Of a DNA stretch of 64,000 nucleotides, positions 29,754 to 39,077 are shown piece by piece. Under the pieces are notes generated by a model that was given only the letters and a program-made list of their open reading frames with translations, made no database searches and was not told the DNA's origin. The stretch covers positions 24,568 to 88,567 of the forward strand of contig CAZJDZ010000003.1 in NCBI GenBank assembly GCA_964544935.1. The letters are read 5' to 3'. Position 1 is the first letter of the stretch, and every line of letters starts with the position of its first letter. This DNA comes from an uncultured Candidatus Saccharibacteria bacterium. GTDB lineage: Bacteria; Patescibacteriota; Minisyncoccia; Phycocordibacterales; UBA5272. The position numbers and the translations under genes were made by a program.

Positions 29754-30599
29754 ATGACATACGCATTTTTTGACCTCCATTCACATCTTCATGATAAGGC
29801 ATATCATCATGATGTTGAGGAAGTTATCGGAGAAATGAAATCCTACGGTGTCGGGTCAATTACTGTAGGGACTGATCTTTTGTTAAGCAAGGAGGCGATA
29901 GCACTTGCTGAGAAGCATGATAACTTGTATGCAACTATTGGTCTTCATCCAGCGGACAATGTGACTGAGGATTTTGACGAGAAAGCTTTTGAAAAACTTC
30001 TTGGTAGTAAAAAAATTGTAGGAGTAGGGGAATGTGGACTTGATTATCATTACATAGAAAATTTTTTTGAAAGAGATAAAGAGGAGAAAGGGCTTATTCA
30101 TACAAGAGATGAAGAGAAGAATCGTCAGCAAAGAATTTTTAAAGAACAGGTAGAGTTTGCATGTAAACATAATTTGCCACTCATGCTGCATGGTCGTCCA
30201 AGTAAAAAAAGTATGGATGCATATGAGGACATGCTCATAATTCTTGAAGAAGCAAAAAAAGAACATGGAACCAAGTTACGAGGTAATACACATTTTTTTG
30301 TAGGGAATATTGAAATAGCAAAACGATTTGTTGATATTGGTTTTACAATGAGCTTCTCTGGAGTGATTACATTTACAAAAGACTATGATGATGTGGTAAG
30401 ATTTCTCCCAATTACAATGATTCATGCAGAGACTGATAGTCCATACGCAACACCATCCCCATTTCGAGGCAAGCGTAATAGTCCAATGTATGTTCAGGAG
30501 GTGGTGGCTAAGATTGCGGTACTGCGTAACGAGCCTTTTGAAGAGGTGAGGACACAGCTTCTAGAAAATGCCAAGAGAATCTTTGATTTGACGTTTTAG
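29754..30599 (+). CDS. tatD: TatD family deoxyribonuclease
   Basis: DLHSH, GLHP, GECGLDY, ETDSPY, RN-x-P. Confidence 0.92.
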   Translation: MTYAFFDLHSHLHDKAYHHDVEEVIGEMKSYGVGSITVGTDLLLSKEAIALAEKHDNLYATIGLHPADNVTEDFDEKAFEKLLGSKKIVGVGECGLDYHYIENFFERDKEEKGLIHTRDEEKNRQQRIFKEQVEFACKHNLPLMLHGRPSKKSMDAYEDMLIILEEAKKEHGTKLRGNTHFFVGNIEIAKRFVDIGFTMSFSGVITFTKDYDDVVRFLPITMIHAETDSPYATPSPFRGKRNSPMYVQEVVAKIAVLRNEPFEEVRTQLLENAKRIFDLTF

Positions 30600-30675
30600 G
30601 TAGAAAGTGTAGGATATGGCGTAGGTAGCTCTATTCTTCCTTTTCTTAACTCTGGCTACGGCCAAGGAGGTAACC

Positions 30676-30945
30676 ATGAAAGCAAATGGTTCGGCCACCC
30701 TGGGCCAGAATCAGATTCAGGGAATGGTCATCAAGGTCAAGCCACAAGGTGACGGAACCCTCAGGTTTCGTGTCACATGCCATGACTCAAAGGGGCGCGT
30801 TGCACACTACAAAGATTTCTACCTTCCTCCGGAGAGCAGTTTCCGAGAGAGGGTGGTTGCAGGTCGTCGTGCACGTGTCACTTACGAACAACAACCAGGT
30901 CGCCCGCGGGCAACCCCTCTTGAGATTGAGCTTGTCAGTGAATGA
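30676..30945 (+). CDS. hypothetical small beta-rich (OB-fold-like) protein
   Basis: perfect AAGGAGGT SD; GC-richer than flanks. Confidence 0.6.
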   Translation: MKANGSATLGQNQIQGMVIKVKPQGDGTLRFRVTCHDSKGRVAHYKDFYLPPESSFRERVVAGRRARVTYEQQPGRPRATPLEIELVSE

Positions 30946-31063
30946 AGGCTCGATCGCAGAATCAAAATGCCGTTTTGCTCCCATAAAGAGCAAGACGGCA
31001 TTTTCTACTGGTCTACTTTTTGAGGCTTTGATTTATATATATAATGTGGTATAATGCGCTCCT

Positions 31064-31579
31064 ATGACTGAAATAAATGAAACCACAATAGACAGCCGTA
31101 TATACGAAATTTCTTTCATCTTTGATAACAAACTAGATGAAGAAACGGCGCTTGCAAAGAGTAACGCAATCAAGCAGTCTATTGCTACCCTAGGAGGTAG
31201 CTTCATTTCAGAAGAAGCTCCGTACATGCGTGAGCTCGCTTATGAAATGATTCGCGTTGTTAATAATGTGAATGTTCGTTTCAATGTTGGATACTTCGGA
31301 TGGATCAAATTTTCTCTCGATGCTTCAAAGGTAAAAGAACTTGAGAAGAGTATCAAGCTTGATGAAGAAGTAGTTCGCTACTTAGTTGTGTCTACTGTTG
31401 CAGAAAACACTGTATACACAAAACGTGCTCCAGTTATCAAAGCAGAAACACTCGTTGATAATGAAGACGATGTAGTGGCTCCTCTTGTAGATATTGATAC
31501 TACAGCGGATGCTGATATTGTAGATGTTCCAGTAGTAGAAACTCCTGCTGAAACTGTTACTAGCGAAGAAGTTAAATAA
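31064..31579 (+). CDS. rpsF: 30S ribosomal protein S6 (acidic tail)
   Basis: YEI, LAY-x-M, GYFGW, VVRYL; order rpsF-ssb-rpsR. Confidence 0.9.
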   Translation: MTEINETTIDSRIYEISFIFDNKLDEETALAKSNAIKQSIATLGGSFISEEAPYMRELAYEMIRVVNNVNVRFNVGYFGWIKFSLDASKVKELEKSIKLDEEVVRYLVVSTVAENTVYTKRAPVIKAETLVDNEDDVVAPLVDIDTTADADIVDVPVVETPAETVTSEEVK

Positions 31580-31684
31580 GGATTACACTTATGTACAGCC
31601 ATTAGCTAGTAGCCAGTAGGTGTTAGCTAATACAAATTACATTATTAAGCTAATAGCTCTATACCAGCAGTTGAACATAACCGT

Positions 31685-32149
31685 ATGTATTTAAACAAAG
31701 TATTTTTATTCGGAAATCTTACTCGCGACCCAGAACAGAAGTCACTTCCTAATGGAACCGCAGTAACTAACTTCTCTCTTGCAACTAATCGTACCTATAA
31801 AGATGCGAATGGTGCACGACAAGAACAGGTAGAATACCACAACATTGTTGTGTTCGGACGCCAAGCAGAAACAAGTGCACAGTACCTTAAAAAAGGGCAA
31901 GGGGTAATGATCGAAGGCCGTATCACAACACGATCATGGGATGATAAGACAACTGGTGAGAAGAAGTACCGTACAGAAATTGTTGCTGATGCAGTACAGT
32001 TCGGACCTAAGTCCTCCGGTGCTCCTGTTGCTGAAGGCTTCGCAGGAAATCCAACTCCAGTAACCCCAAAGGGTTCATCTTCAGTTCCTGATCTCGATAC
32101 TATTGATTACGGTGATTCGAACATCAATATCGACGATATCCCTTTTTAA
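31685..32149 (+). CDS. ssb: single-stranded DNA-binding protein
   Basis: LNKV-x-L-x-GNLTRDPE...DDIPF. Confidence 0.98.
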   Translation: MYLNKVFLFGNLTRDPEQKSLPNGTAVTNFSLATNRTYKDANGARQEQVEYHNIVVFGRQAETSAQYLKKGQGVMIEGRITTRSWDDKTTGEKKYRTEIVADAVQFGPKSSGAPVAEGFAGNPTPVTPKGSSSVPDLDTIDYGDSNINIDDIPF

Positions 32150-32321
32150 ACGCTGAAGAAATGCGGAACAGACGCAGACTGACGCGGAAGGGATCCAGTT
32201 TCGGTACAAGCTCGTTACTTATATATAAAATTAGTTCGTAACAAAATACATTATTAAGTTAAAATAAATACGATCACGTTTGCTTCCGCGAAGTTCCGCG
32301 TGAAGTCCGCGCTGATCCACG
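32150..32321. repeat. pair of periodic inverted arms (ACGCGGAA-type, ~10-11-nt period) around a ~90-nt AT-rich spacer
   Basis: ATGCGGAACAGACGCAGACTGACGCGGAAG (32161-32190) vs CTTCCGCGAAGTTCCGCGTGAAGTCCGCG (32283-32311). Confidence 0.75.
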
Positions 32322-32326
32322 ACTCT

Positions 32327-32530
32327 ATGAAAAAACAAGATCACTTCAATCAGAATAACATCAAGTTTATCGACTACAAGGATACAGAAATCCTCGTTAA
32401 GTTTTTGAATCCACACGCTCGTATTCTTAATCGCCGTAAGACTGGTCTTACTGCTAAGAATCAGCGTGCACTCGCAAACGCAATCAAGCGCGCTCGCTTC
32501 ATGGGACTTCTTCCTTACGTAGCACACTAA
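32327..32530 (+). CDS. rpsR: 30S ribosomal protein S18
   Basis: IDYKD...RRKTG...QR-x-LA-x-AIKRAR-x-x-GLLPY. Confidence 0.96.
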   Translation: MKKQDHFNQNNIKFIDYKDTEILVKFLNPHARILNRRKTGLTAKNQRALANAIKRARFMGLLPYVAH

Positions 32531-32631
32531 GGTAGAGTGTTTTAATAAAAAACAACTTGCTTATGTAAGTTGTTTTTTATTATGTACATAGTATCCTTAG
32601 TATATTATTCTAGATACAGTAATCATACATT

Positions 32632-33237
32632 ATGAAAACAGGAAATCGTATACTCATGCAACAGGCAAGGGAGTCATTATCAGGGAAATGGTTTCTCGCA
32701 ATACAGTTTAGCCTTATTCTTTTTGTACTTACCACTGCAAGTAATTTTGTTCCTTTCCTTTCACTCGTAATCTCAGGACCACTCTATTTTGGTATCGTAT
32801 ATGTTTTTCTTAAGTTATCAAGAAATGAAACTCCAATGCTTTCAGATAGTATGATTGGATTTAATAGTTTTGTAAGAAATTTTCTTGCATACGTTCTTGT
32901 AGTTATTTTTGTTATATTGTGGATGATACTTCTTATTGTTCCTGGAATTATTGCTGCGTACGCATATGCTTTAACTTTTTTTATTCTGGCAGATGATCCG
33001 AGTATTTCCGCACTTAATGCTATTAAGAAGAGTAAGGAAATGATGCGTGGAAATAAATGGAAGCTCTTCTGTCTTTTCTTAAGATTCATCGGGTGGATGA
33101 TTCTCGCTCTTTGTACATTTGGTGTTGGATTTTTGTGGTTGATGCCATATATGCAAATGACACTTGTTAAATTCTATGAAGATGTAAAAGCAGGGTATCA
33201 AGAAGCTCCTATTGAAATAGGGGGAGCTACACAGTAG
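32632..33237 (+). CDS. DUF975 family membrane protein
   Basis: ARESLSGKW, LLIVPGII, S-x-x-MM-x-G-x-KWKLF, LWL-x-PY. Confidence 0.85.
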   Translation: MKTGNRILMQQARESLSGKWFLAIQFSLILFVLTTASNFVPFLSLVISGPLYFGIVYVFLKLSRNETPMLSDSMIGFNSFVRNFLAYVLVVIFVILWMILLIVPGIIAAYAYALTFFILADDPSISALNAIKKSKEMMRGNKWKLFCLFLRFIGWMILALCTFGVGFLWLMPYMQMTLVKFYEDVKAGYQEAPIEIGGATQ

Positions 33238-33310
33238 ATTTTTTTAGAATACAAAAGTGCAGTCTACGGCCGCACGTTTGTATTCTTGTTTTTAGGCTTA
33301 TACTTAGTGC

Positions 33311-33667
33311 ATGCAAGAACAAGAGCCACAATCACAAGGGGGAGAAAATATGACGCCAGAAAGATTATTTGATAATTATTCTGGTGAAGCAGTTATGAGA
33401 CGTTACGCAACCCATCTTAGTGCTGAAGGAGGTTCATTAAAAGATATTTTTTACGGCACCTTATATCAAGCAAGAGAAAATGATTATGTTGCATTTGATT
33501 CCGGAAAGGAAGATATAGCACTTGCTGACTACCTTGACAGGCTCCCTACAGAGAATAGAAAAGAATTAGTTCTACTTTTGGGAGATTATCAATACTCTAA
33601 TGTATCTACTGTTGATAGAGATTCTATAGTAGACAGAATAAGAGAAATACTTGGTTCTATTCACTAA
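33311..33667 (+). CDS. hypothetical protein
   Basis: 118-aa ORF with a TATACT box immediately upstream. Confidence 0.55.
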   Translation: MQEQEPQSQGGENMTPERLFDNYSGEAVMRRYATHLSAEGGSLKDIFYGTLYQARENDYVAFDSGKEDIALADYLDRLPTENRKELVLLLGDYQYSNVSTVDRDSIVDRIREILGSIH

Positions 33668-33768
33668 TTTCCATATCAGTTTACCTTTGGCAAAATGACA
33701 CTTTTTTGCTAGTATAAGAATATTGTAATTATTAGTTTTTTTATCATATACATTATATAACATACCCT

Positions 33769-34392
33769 ATGTCACAACCATCGCATCCAAAAAAAGAAAG
33801 AACATTTATCATCCTTAAACCAGACGCAGTTCAGCGTGGCTTGGTAGGTGAAATCATCAAGCGTTTTGAACGTATTGGTCTTAAGATTGTTGGAATGAAG
33901 ATGCACATGGTAAAAGAAGAAACTCTCTGGGATCATTATAATAAAGATGATGCATGGTATCTTAAGAAGGGTACAAATATTACCGAGAACAAGAAGAAGT
34001 TGGGCATGGTAATTGATAAGGAACCTATTGAATACGGAAAAGATATTATTCGCGCAATGGTGCACTACATGTGTGCAGGTCCTGTTGTGTCCATCGTGAT
34101 TGAAGGTAACAATGCACAAGCAGTAGTAAAGCGTCTTGTTGGTGGTACAGAGCCAGCAACAGCAGACTCAGGGACTATCCGCGGAGATTTTGCTCTTGAT
34201 TCATACATGCTCTGTGATACTGATGGAAGTCGTGGTATGCGTAATCTTATTCACTGTACCGATCCTGCAGATGGTGAAGGGGCATACGCTCGTGAAGTTG
34301 CACTCTGGTTTACACAAGCAGAATTACATGACTATCGTTTGGTAACTGAAGCCATGCTGTACGATGTTAATCTCGATGGAATTCTAGAATAA
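33769..34392 (+). CDS. ndk: nucleoside-diphosphate kinase
   Basis: ERTFIILKPDAVQRGLVGEII, GTIRGDF, RNLIH. Confidence 0.95.
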   Translation: MSQPSHPKKERTFIILKPDAVQRGLVGEIIKRFERIGLKIVGMKMHMVKEETLWDHYNKDDAWYLKKGTNITENKKKLGMVIDKEPIEYGKDIIRAMVHYMCAGPVVSIVIEGNNAQAVVKRLVGGTEPATADSGTIRGDFALDSYMLCDTDGSRGMRNLIHCTDPADGEGAYAREVALWFTQAELHDYRLVTEAMLYDVNLDGILE

Positions 34393-34557
34393 TTGTTTAA
34401 AATCTGGAAAAGAAAATAATAGAGGCAATGCAAAAAAGCATTGCTTTTATTATTCTTTTTAGAGTAATACAAGAGGTCAATAAGTTATCCACATAAGTCA
34501 CTGTTTTTTTACTTGAAATATCTTGCGGACATCTTTTCATAAGATTATACCTAAGAT

Positions 34558-34728
34558 AGGTGCTTCAGACATCTAACTACCAATTTTGTACACGGGTTTA
34601 TGAGATATTGTGTAATGCGTGACATTTACATTTCTTTACCCACTTACGCGCAAGCGTAGGAAGATGCCGTACGAAGCACCTCCTTTATAGAAAAGACCCA
34701 AGCGTTATGAACTTGGGTCTTTTCTTTT
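34558..34728 (+). ncRNA. candidate structured ncRNA copy 1 (unknown family) with terminator
   Basis: closing helix AGGTGCTTC/GAAGCACCT, internal CATCT/AGATG and GGGT/ACCC helices, GCAA tetraloop hairpin; terminator 34689-34728; paralogous to copy 2. Confidence 0.65.
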
Positions 34729-34767
34729 CTCAAAAACATATTGATTCTGTATGTATAAAAATAATTA

Positions 34768-34796
34768 TTGTACTTTTTTTATTTTGTGTTTATAAT
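34768..34796 (+). promoter_or_regulatory. sigma70-type promoter of ncRNA copy 2
   Basis: TTGTAC-17 nt-TATAAT. Confidence 0.7.
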
Positions 34797-34801
34797 GAAA
34801 G

Positions 34802-34962
34802 TAGGGTGCTTAGGTATTTTTCTGGATAATACATCTTTGGGTTATGGAATATTGAGAACTGGACTGTGGTCCTATTCGTTTCCTACCCACCTGACTTAAA
34901 ACATCAGGAAGATGTCCTAACACCCTAACGAGAAAATCCACCGCAAGGTGGATTTTCTCGTT
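34802..34962 (+). ncRNA. candidate structured ncRNA copy 2 (unknown family) with terminator
   Basis: closing helix TAGGGTG-c-TTAGG/CCTAA-CACCCTA, ACATCTT/AAGATGT, TGGGT/ACCCA; terminator 34927-34962. Confidence 0.7.
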
Positions 34963-35050
34963 CGTATAACTCTCGTTTAGAATCTTGCTGAAGGCTAATG
35001 GATTGTTTCTGCGTAAGTCTGCGGTAGAGCGTTGTGATATACTTTTAAGA

Positions 35051-35407
35051 ATGAAATATATTATTAGTTCAGTTTTATATCTCGTCATACTTCTTTGCCT
35101 TTCTGTATTTGTATTTGATCCAGCTCATCTATATTATGAGATCCCTTGGCTTGATGTTCCTATGCATATCATGGGAGGGTTTGGGGTAGTTTCTCTTGTT
35201 CTTTCCATTGCTTCATACAATGGAAAAAAACTTTCACTACGAACTGCGTTAGTTGCATTCTTTATTGTTGCAATTGGTTGGGAGTTGTATGAACTTGGAC
35301 ATGATTTTGTTGACCAGAGAGAGTGGGGTGGGTGGAGCGATACATTTTCAGATATTATTAATGGCACACTTGGTGCATCTGTTGCGTACTACTTTCTTAA
35401 AAAATAA
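35051..35407 (+). CDS. VanZ/DUF2238-like small membrane protein
   Basis: W-x-D-x-x-MH-x-x-GG, WELYE and DT-x-x-DI-x-x-G-x-x-G motifs. Confidence 0.7.
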   Translation: MKYIISSVLYLVILLCLSVFVFDPAHLYYEIPWLDVPMHIMGGFGVVSLVLSIASYNGKKLSLRTALVAFFIVAIGWELYELGHDFVDQREWGGWSDTFSDIINGTLGASVAYYFLKK

Positions 35408-35412
35408 TTTTT

Positions 35413-36786
35413 ATGTCGACATTTACTATTACGTTTGTGGGTGGTGCACAAATGCCAACAGGGTCTAACTTCTTGGTTGAGTTTGGTGGTAAAAAAATTC
35501 TCATCGATTGTGGTCTTGTGCAAGGGGAAAAATATTCATTGCCAATTAACAGTGAGCCTTTTACCTATGATCCTGCAAGTATCGATATGCTTTTTATAAC
35601 TCATGCGCATCTTGATCATGTGGGACGTATACCAAAACTTGTTCGTGATGGTTTTAAGGGTCAGATTATTAGTACTGACCCAACACGAGAAATGGGGGAA
35701 CTCATTATGCTCGACTCCCTCGGCATTCTTGGGAAAGAAGCAGCAAATGCTGGAATACCAGCGCTCTATGAAGAAAAAGATGTATTTGAAAGTATGCATC
35801 TTTGGACAAACACACTCACCTATGAGACACCATTTACTATCAATACAAACGATGGAGATGCTGTTGTTACCCTGCATGATGCTGGACATATTTTAGGAAG
35901 TTGTATTGTTGAAATTGCCTATAAAGGTAAGAAGCTTGCTTTTACAGGTGACCTTGGTAATACACCGTCTCCTCTTATGCGAGACACGACACCACTCAAG
36001 GATATTGATTATCTTGTTATGGAGAGTGTCTACGGTGATAGAAACCATAAAGATAAAGATAAGCGCGTTGAGATATTTAAGGAAGCGGTAATTAGTACGG
36101 TTCAAAAAGGTGGGACAGTTTTGATTCCGTCATTTTCTATTGAGAGAACGCAAGAGATGCTCATGGCATTTAATGAATTGGTTGAGTCAAATCAGATTCC
36201 AGAGATTCCTGTGTACCTTAATTCGCCGCTCGGAATCAACATCACTAAGGTGTACAAAAAGTACGAGAGCTGGTTCAACGAGAATGCAGAGTCAATTATT
36301 AAAAGTGGTGATGATATTTTTAAGTTTAAAGGGCTCATCGAAACACCTACACCAGATGAGAGTAAAGCTATCAATAACGATAATCGTCCAAAGGTAATAA
36401 TTGCAGGAAGTGGTATGAGTAATGGGGGAAGAATTCTTCATCATGAAGCAAAATACTTGCCTGACCCAAACAGCACAATTATCATTGTTGGATATCAAGC
36501 AGTAAACACTGTAGGTCGACATATTGTTGATGAAGAGAAGGAGGTATATATCCACGGTAATCCAATTCCGCTTCGGGCACGTGTGGTAAACATTCATGGT
36601 TTTTCTGCTCACAAAGATTCTGATCACCTGATTGAATTTGTTGATTCAACAAAAGAGACACTTAAAAAAGTTTTCATTGTCTTAGGCGAACCGAAGAGTA
36701 CATACTTTTTAGGACAAAGAATTCACGAAGTGTATGACGTACCAGTACTTGTGCCTGAGAAAGGAGACAAGGTGGAGCTAGATTAG
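35413..36786 (+). CDS. MBL-fold metallo-hydrolase, beta-CASP family ribonuclease
   Basis: DCG, THAHLDHVG, AGHILGS, ESVYG, SGM-x-x-GGR, FSAH-x-D. Confidence 0.92.
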   Translation: MSTFTITFVGGAQMPTGSNFLVEFGGKKILIDCGLVQGEKYSLPINSEPFTYDPASIDMLFITHAHLDHVGRIPKLVRDGFKGQIISTDPTREMGELIMLDSLGILGKEAANAGIPALYEEKDVFESMHLWTNTLTYETPFTINTNDGDAVVTLHDAGHILGSCIVEIAYKGKKLAFTGDLGNTPSPLMRDTTPLKDIDYLVMESVYGDRNHKDKDKRVEIFKEAVISTVQKGGTVLIPSFSIERTQEMLMAFNELVESNQIPEIPVYLNSPLGINITKVYKKYESWFNENAESIIKSGDDIFKFKGLIETPTPDESKAINNDNRPKVIIAGSGMSNGGRILHHEAKYLPDPNSTIIIVGYQAVNTVGRHIVDEEKEVYIHGNPIPLRARVVNIHGFSAHKDSDHLIEFVDSTKETLKKVFIVLGEPKSTYFLGQRIHEVYDVPVLVPEKGDKVELD

Positions 36787-36963
36787 AATAAGATAATAAG
36801 ACTAGTACGATAGTTAAGACAGCAAGAAATAAAAAAAGAGTGGCGCCGTAGGTGCCACTCTTTTTAATCTTCCAAGTCTATATAGTCTTAATATCATGAG
36901 TGTTTTTATTTCGTTTTCCGCTATCAACTATTCACTATCAGCTATTAGCTATATACTATCGAG

Positions 36964-37539
36964 ATGAGAGCTCAAACGATTACGATTAGTGTTTCTGGTG
37001 CAGCTGAAATTGCACACTGTGGACCTTCAGTGATTCCTGTTGCCAAAGAACTTGGTCGTGAAATAGCTCGCCAAGGAGCTCAGATTATTACCGGAGCAAC
37101 AAGCGGTTTTCCTCTCTATGCCGCCGAAGGAGCCAAGGAAGCTGGAGGGTTTTCTTTTGGACTTTCACCAGCTGCAAGTAAAAAAGAACACCTTGAAGTT
37201 TATCGGCTTCCACTGAAAGCCATGGACACAGTTATTTACACTGGGTTCGGATTCCCGGGGCGTGATCTGATGCTTATACGTTCCTCTGACGCGGTTGTTA
37301 TTGGTTGTGGCCGTATTGGTACCATCCATGAGTTTACGGTTGCCTGGGAGGCAAATATGCCCCTTGGGATCCTAGAAGGGGAATGGGCAACCGATGAAGT
37401 AATACGAAATATTATTAAGAACAGTAATCGTGAAAACCCAAATGTTATCTTTGAAAAAGACCCAAAGATAATTGTTGAAAAATTAATCAAAATGGTTAAA
37501 GAAAAGGAAAATAGCGGCGAGAGGGAGATGAGGTTGTAG
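36964..37539 (+). CDS. LOG/TIGR00725-like Rossmann nucleotide-binding protein
   Basis: ELG-x-x-IA, ITGA-x-x-G, G-x-SPA, TG-x-G-x-x-GR, GTIHE. Confidence 0.8.
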   Translation: MRAQTITISVSGAAEIAHCGPSVIPVAKELGREIARQGAQIITGATSGFPLYAAEGAKEAGGFSFGLSPAASKKEHLEVYRLPLKAMDTVIYTGFGFPGRDLMLIRSSDAVVIGCGRIGTIHEFTVAWEANMPLGILEGEWATDEVIRNIIKNSNRENPNVIFEKDPKIIVEKLIKMVKEKENSGEREMRL

Positions 37540-37640
37540 AAGATAGAGTATAGAGATACAGAGAAAAGAAAAGAGCGACGTCGTAGGCGTCGCTCTTTTC
37601 TAGTATCTATATTCTGTCAGTATAGCGGTCTAGTATCTGT

Positions 37641-37988
37641 CTATCCATTCACCTGTGATACGATACGAGCAAATGTTTCTGGATTGTCTTGTGCAAGCTC
37701 AGAAAGCATCTTACGGTTGATAACCATTCCTTTCTTAGTAAGCTTATCAATGAAAACACTGTATGTTGTTCCAAGAGCGCGGAGTCCAGCATTGAGGCGA
37801 ACAGTAAAGAGGCGACGGAAGTCAGTCTTCTTATCCTTTCGGTGAGCAAAAGCATGAGCTCCAGCATGACGAAGAGCTACCTTTGCTTCAACTTCCTTCT
37901 TACTTCGTCCAAAGCGATAGCCTTTAGCTGCTTTAAGGACATTGCGACGATGCTTCATCGCTATTTTGCTTCTTTTTACTCGTGACAT
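37641..37988 (-). CDS. rplT: 50S ribosomal protein L20
   Basis: MSRVKR, AKGY-x-x-GR, FR-x-L-x3-R-x-NA, NRKML. Confidence 0.97.
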   Translation of the reverse strand: MSRVKRSKIAMKHRRNVLKAAKGYRFGRSKKEVEAKVALRHAGAHAFAHRKDKKTDFRRLFTVRLNAGLRALGTTYSVFIDKLTKKGMVINRKMLSELAQDNPETFARIVSQVNG

Positions 37989-38028
37989 AGTGTTTGATTA
38001 AATAAATAATGAGTCTCTCAAAAGGATC

Positions 38029-38217
38029 TTATAGAAGACCTGGAAGGAAACGAGACTTTTCTTTTCCTGTCATCGCAAATTCCTGTCCACGCTTACCAGC
38101 AAGCTGCTTTCGGCGAGATGCTTTTGCGTTAAAGTGGTTAAGACCTGGCTTACGACCAATGATCTTACCATTTTTTGTGACCTTAAGTCGCTTGAGGAAT
38201 GATTTGTTTGTCTTCAT
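38029..38217 (-). CDS. rpmI: 50S ribosomal protein L35
   Basis: MKT-x-K-x3-KR-x-K-x-T-x-x-GK...H; between infC and rplT. Confidence 0.9.
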   Translation of the reverse strand: MKTNKSFLKRLKVTKNGKIIGRKPGLNHFNAKASRRKQLAGKRGQEFAMTGKEKSRFLPGLL

Positions 38218-38328
38218 AAAAGTTTTCCAGATTTATTTTCTCCTTGTGGATAGTTGGGCTATTATATCACGGTTATTCAAGATTATCAAGCCATGGCAGA
38301 TTGTTTTAAATTAGTTTTGTATGGAATG

Positions 38329-38417
38329 AAAAAGCCCCAACCACAGGATGTGGTTGGGGCCGCCATAGAGGCTTGATTTACTGTATGTCGCTTAACGGAG
38401 ACCCTCTCCGTCGGACG
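38329..38417 (-). ncRNA. candidate small RNA between infC and rpmI
   Basis: minus-strand TTGACA-16 nt-TATACT (38450-38423), hairpin ACGGAGA-ggg-TCTCCGT, terminator GCCCCAACCACA-tcc-TGTGGTTGGGGC-TTTTT. Confidence 0.5.
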
Positions 38418-38498
38418 TATACAGTATAGCATATTGATAAACTTTGTCAATGCCTAAAAAATAGCCTTAGTTAAGGCTATTTTTTAGGCATACATGCT

Positions 38499-39011
38499 TT
38501 ATTTCGCCTTTTCAATCACCACCATCATCGATTTAGGGATTTTCTTGAGGGGCTCAGCGATCTTGTATTCTGCAGGGATAACTGCGAGGATTCGATCCAT
38601 TCGTTCACGGAGGAATTTCTCATCCATGTACTTGGTTCTTCCTTTTAGTTGTAAGTCGATCTTCACACGGTGGCCTTCGTTAATCCATTCTGCTGCTTTC
38701 TTGGCTTTGATCATGATGTCGTTCTCACTGATTGAAACACTGATCTGGATTGTTTTTGTTTCAGTTGTGTGAGACTTTGCTTTTACTTCTTTTAATTTCT
38801 TTGAAGTTTCGTAGGTATATTTACCATAATCAGCAATACGAGCAACAGGGGGGTCTGCTTGAGGGGATACTTCGATGAGATCAAGGTTGACTGCTTTTGC
38901 AGCTGCAAGAGCCTCTTCTTTTGTAAGTACTCCTAAATTATCTCCAGTGTGTCCAATAACACGAAGTTTCGGCGAGCGAATATTATTATTGATGTTTACT
39001 TTTTCTGCCAA
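38499..39011 (-). CDS. infC: translation initiation factor IF-3 (TTG start)
   Basis: IN-x-x-I...DL-x-EVSP-x-A-x-PPVA-x-I-x-DYGKY. Confidence 0.95.
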   Translation of the reverse strand: MAEKVNINNNIRSPKLRVIGHTGDNLGVLTKEEALAAAKAVNLDLIEVSPQADPPVARIADYGKYTYETSKKLKEVKAKSHTTETKTIQISVSISENDIMIKAKKAAEWINEGHRVKIDLQLKGRTKYMDEKFLRERMDRILAVIPAEYKIAEPLKKIPKSMMVVIEKAK

Positions 39012-39077
39012 GGGGTTTATTACCTATACAATACCATGAAAAAGTAAGAAAAGCAAAATAATATAAACAGCATACAC

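Noticed and set aside
34485-34493. Replication origin (perfect DnaA box TTATCCACA)
   Set aside because: Only one clear box, with no cluster and no dnaA/dnaN nearby.
34600-34659. 19-aa ORF MRYCVMRDIYISLPTYAQA inside ncRNA copy 1, and minus-strand ORF 34810-35088
   Set aside because: The equivalent ATG in copy 2 is followed by a stop after three codons; conservation follows base pairing, not coding.
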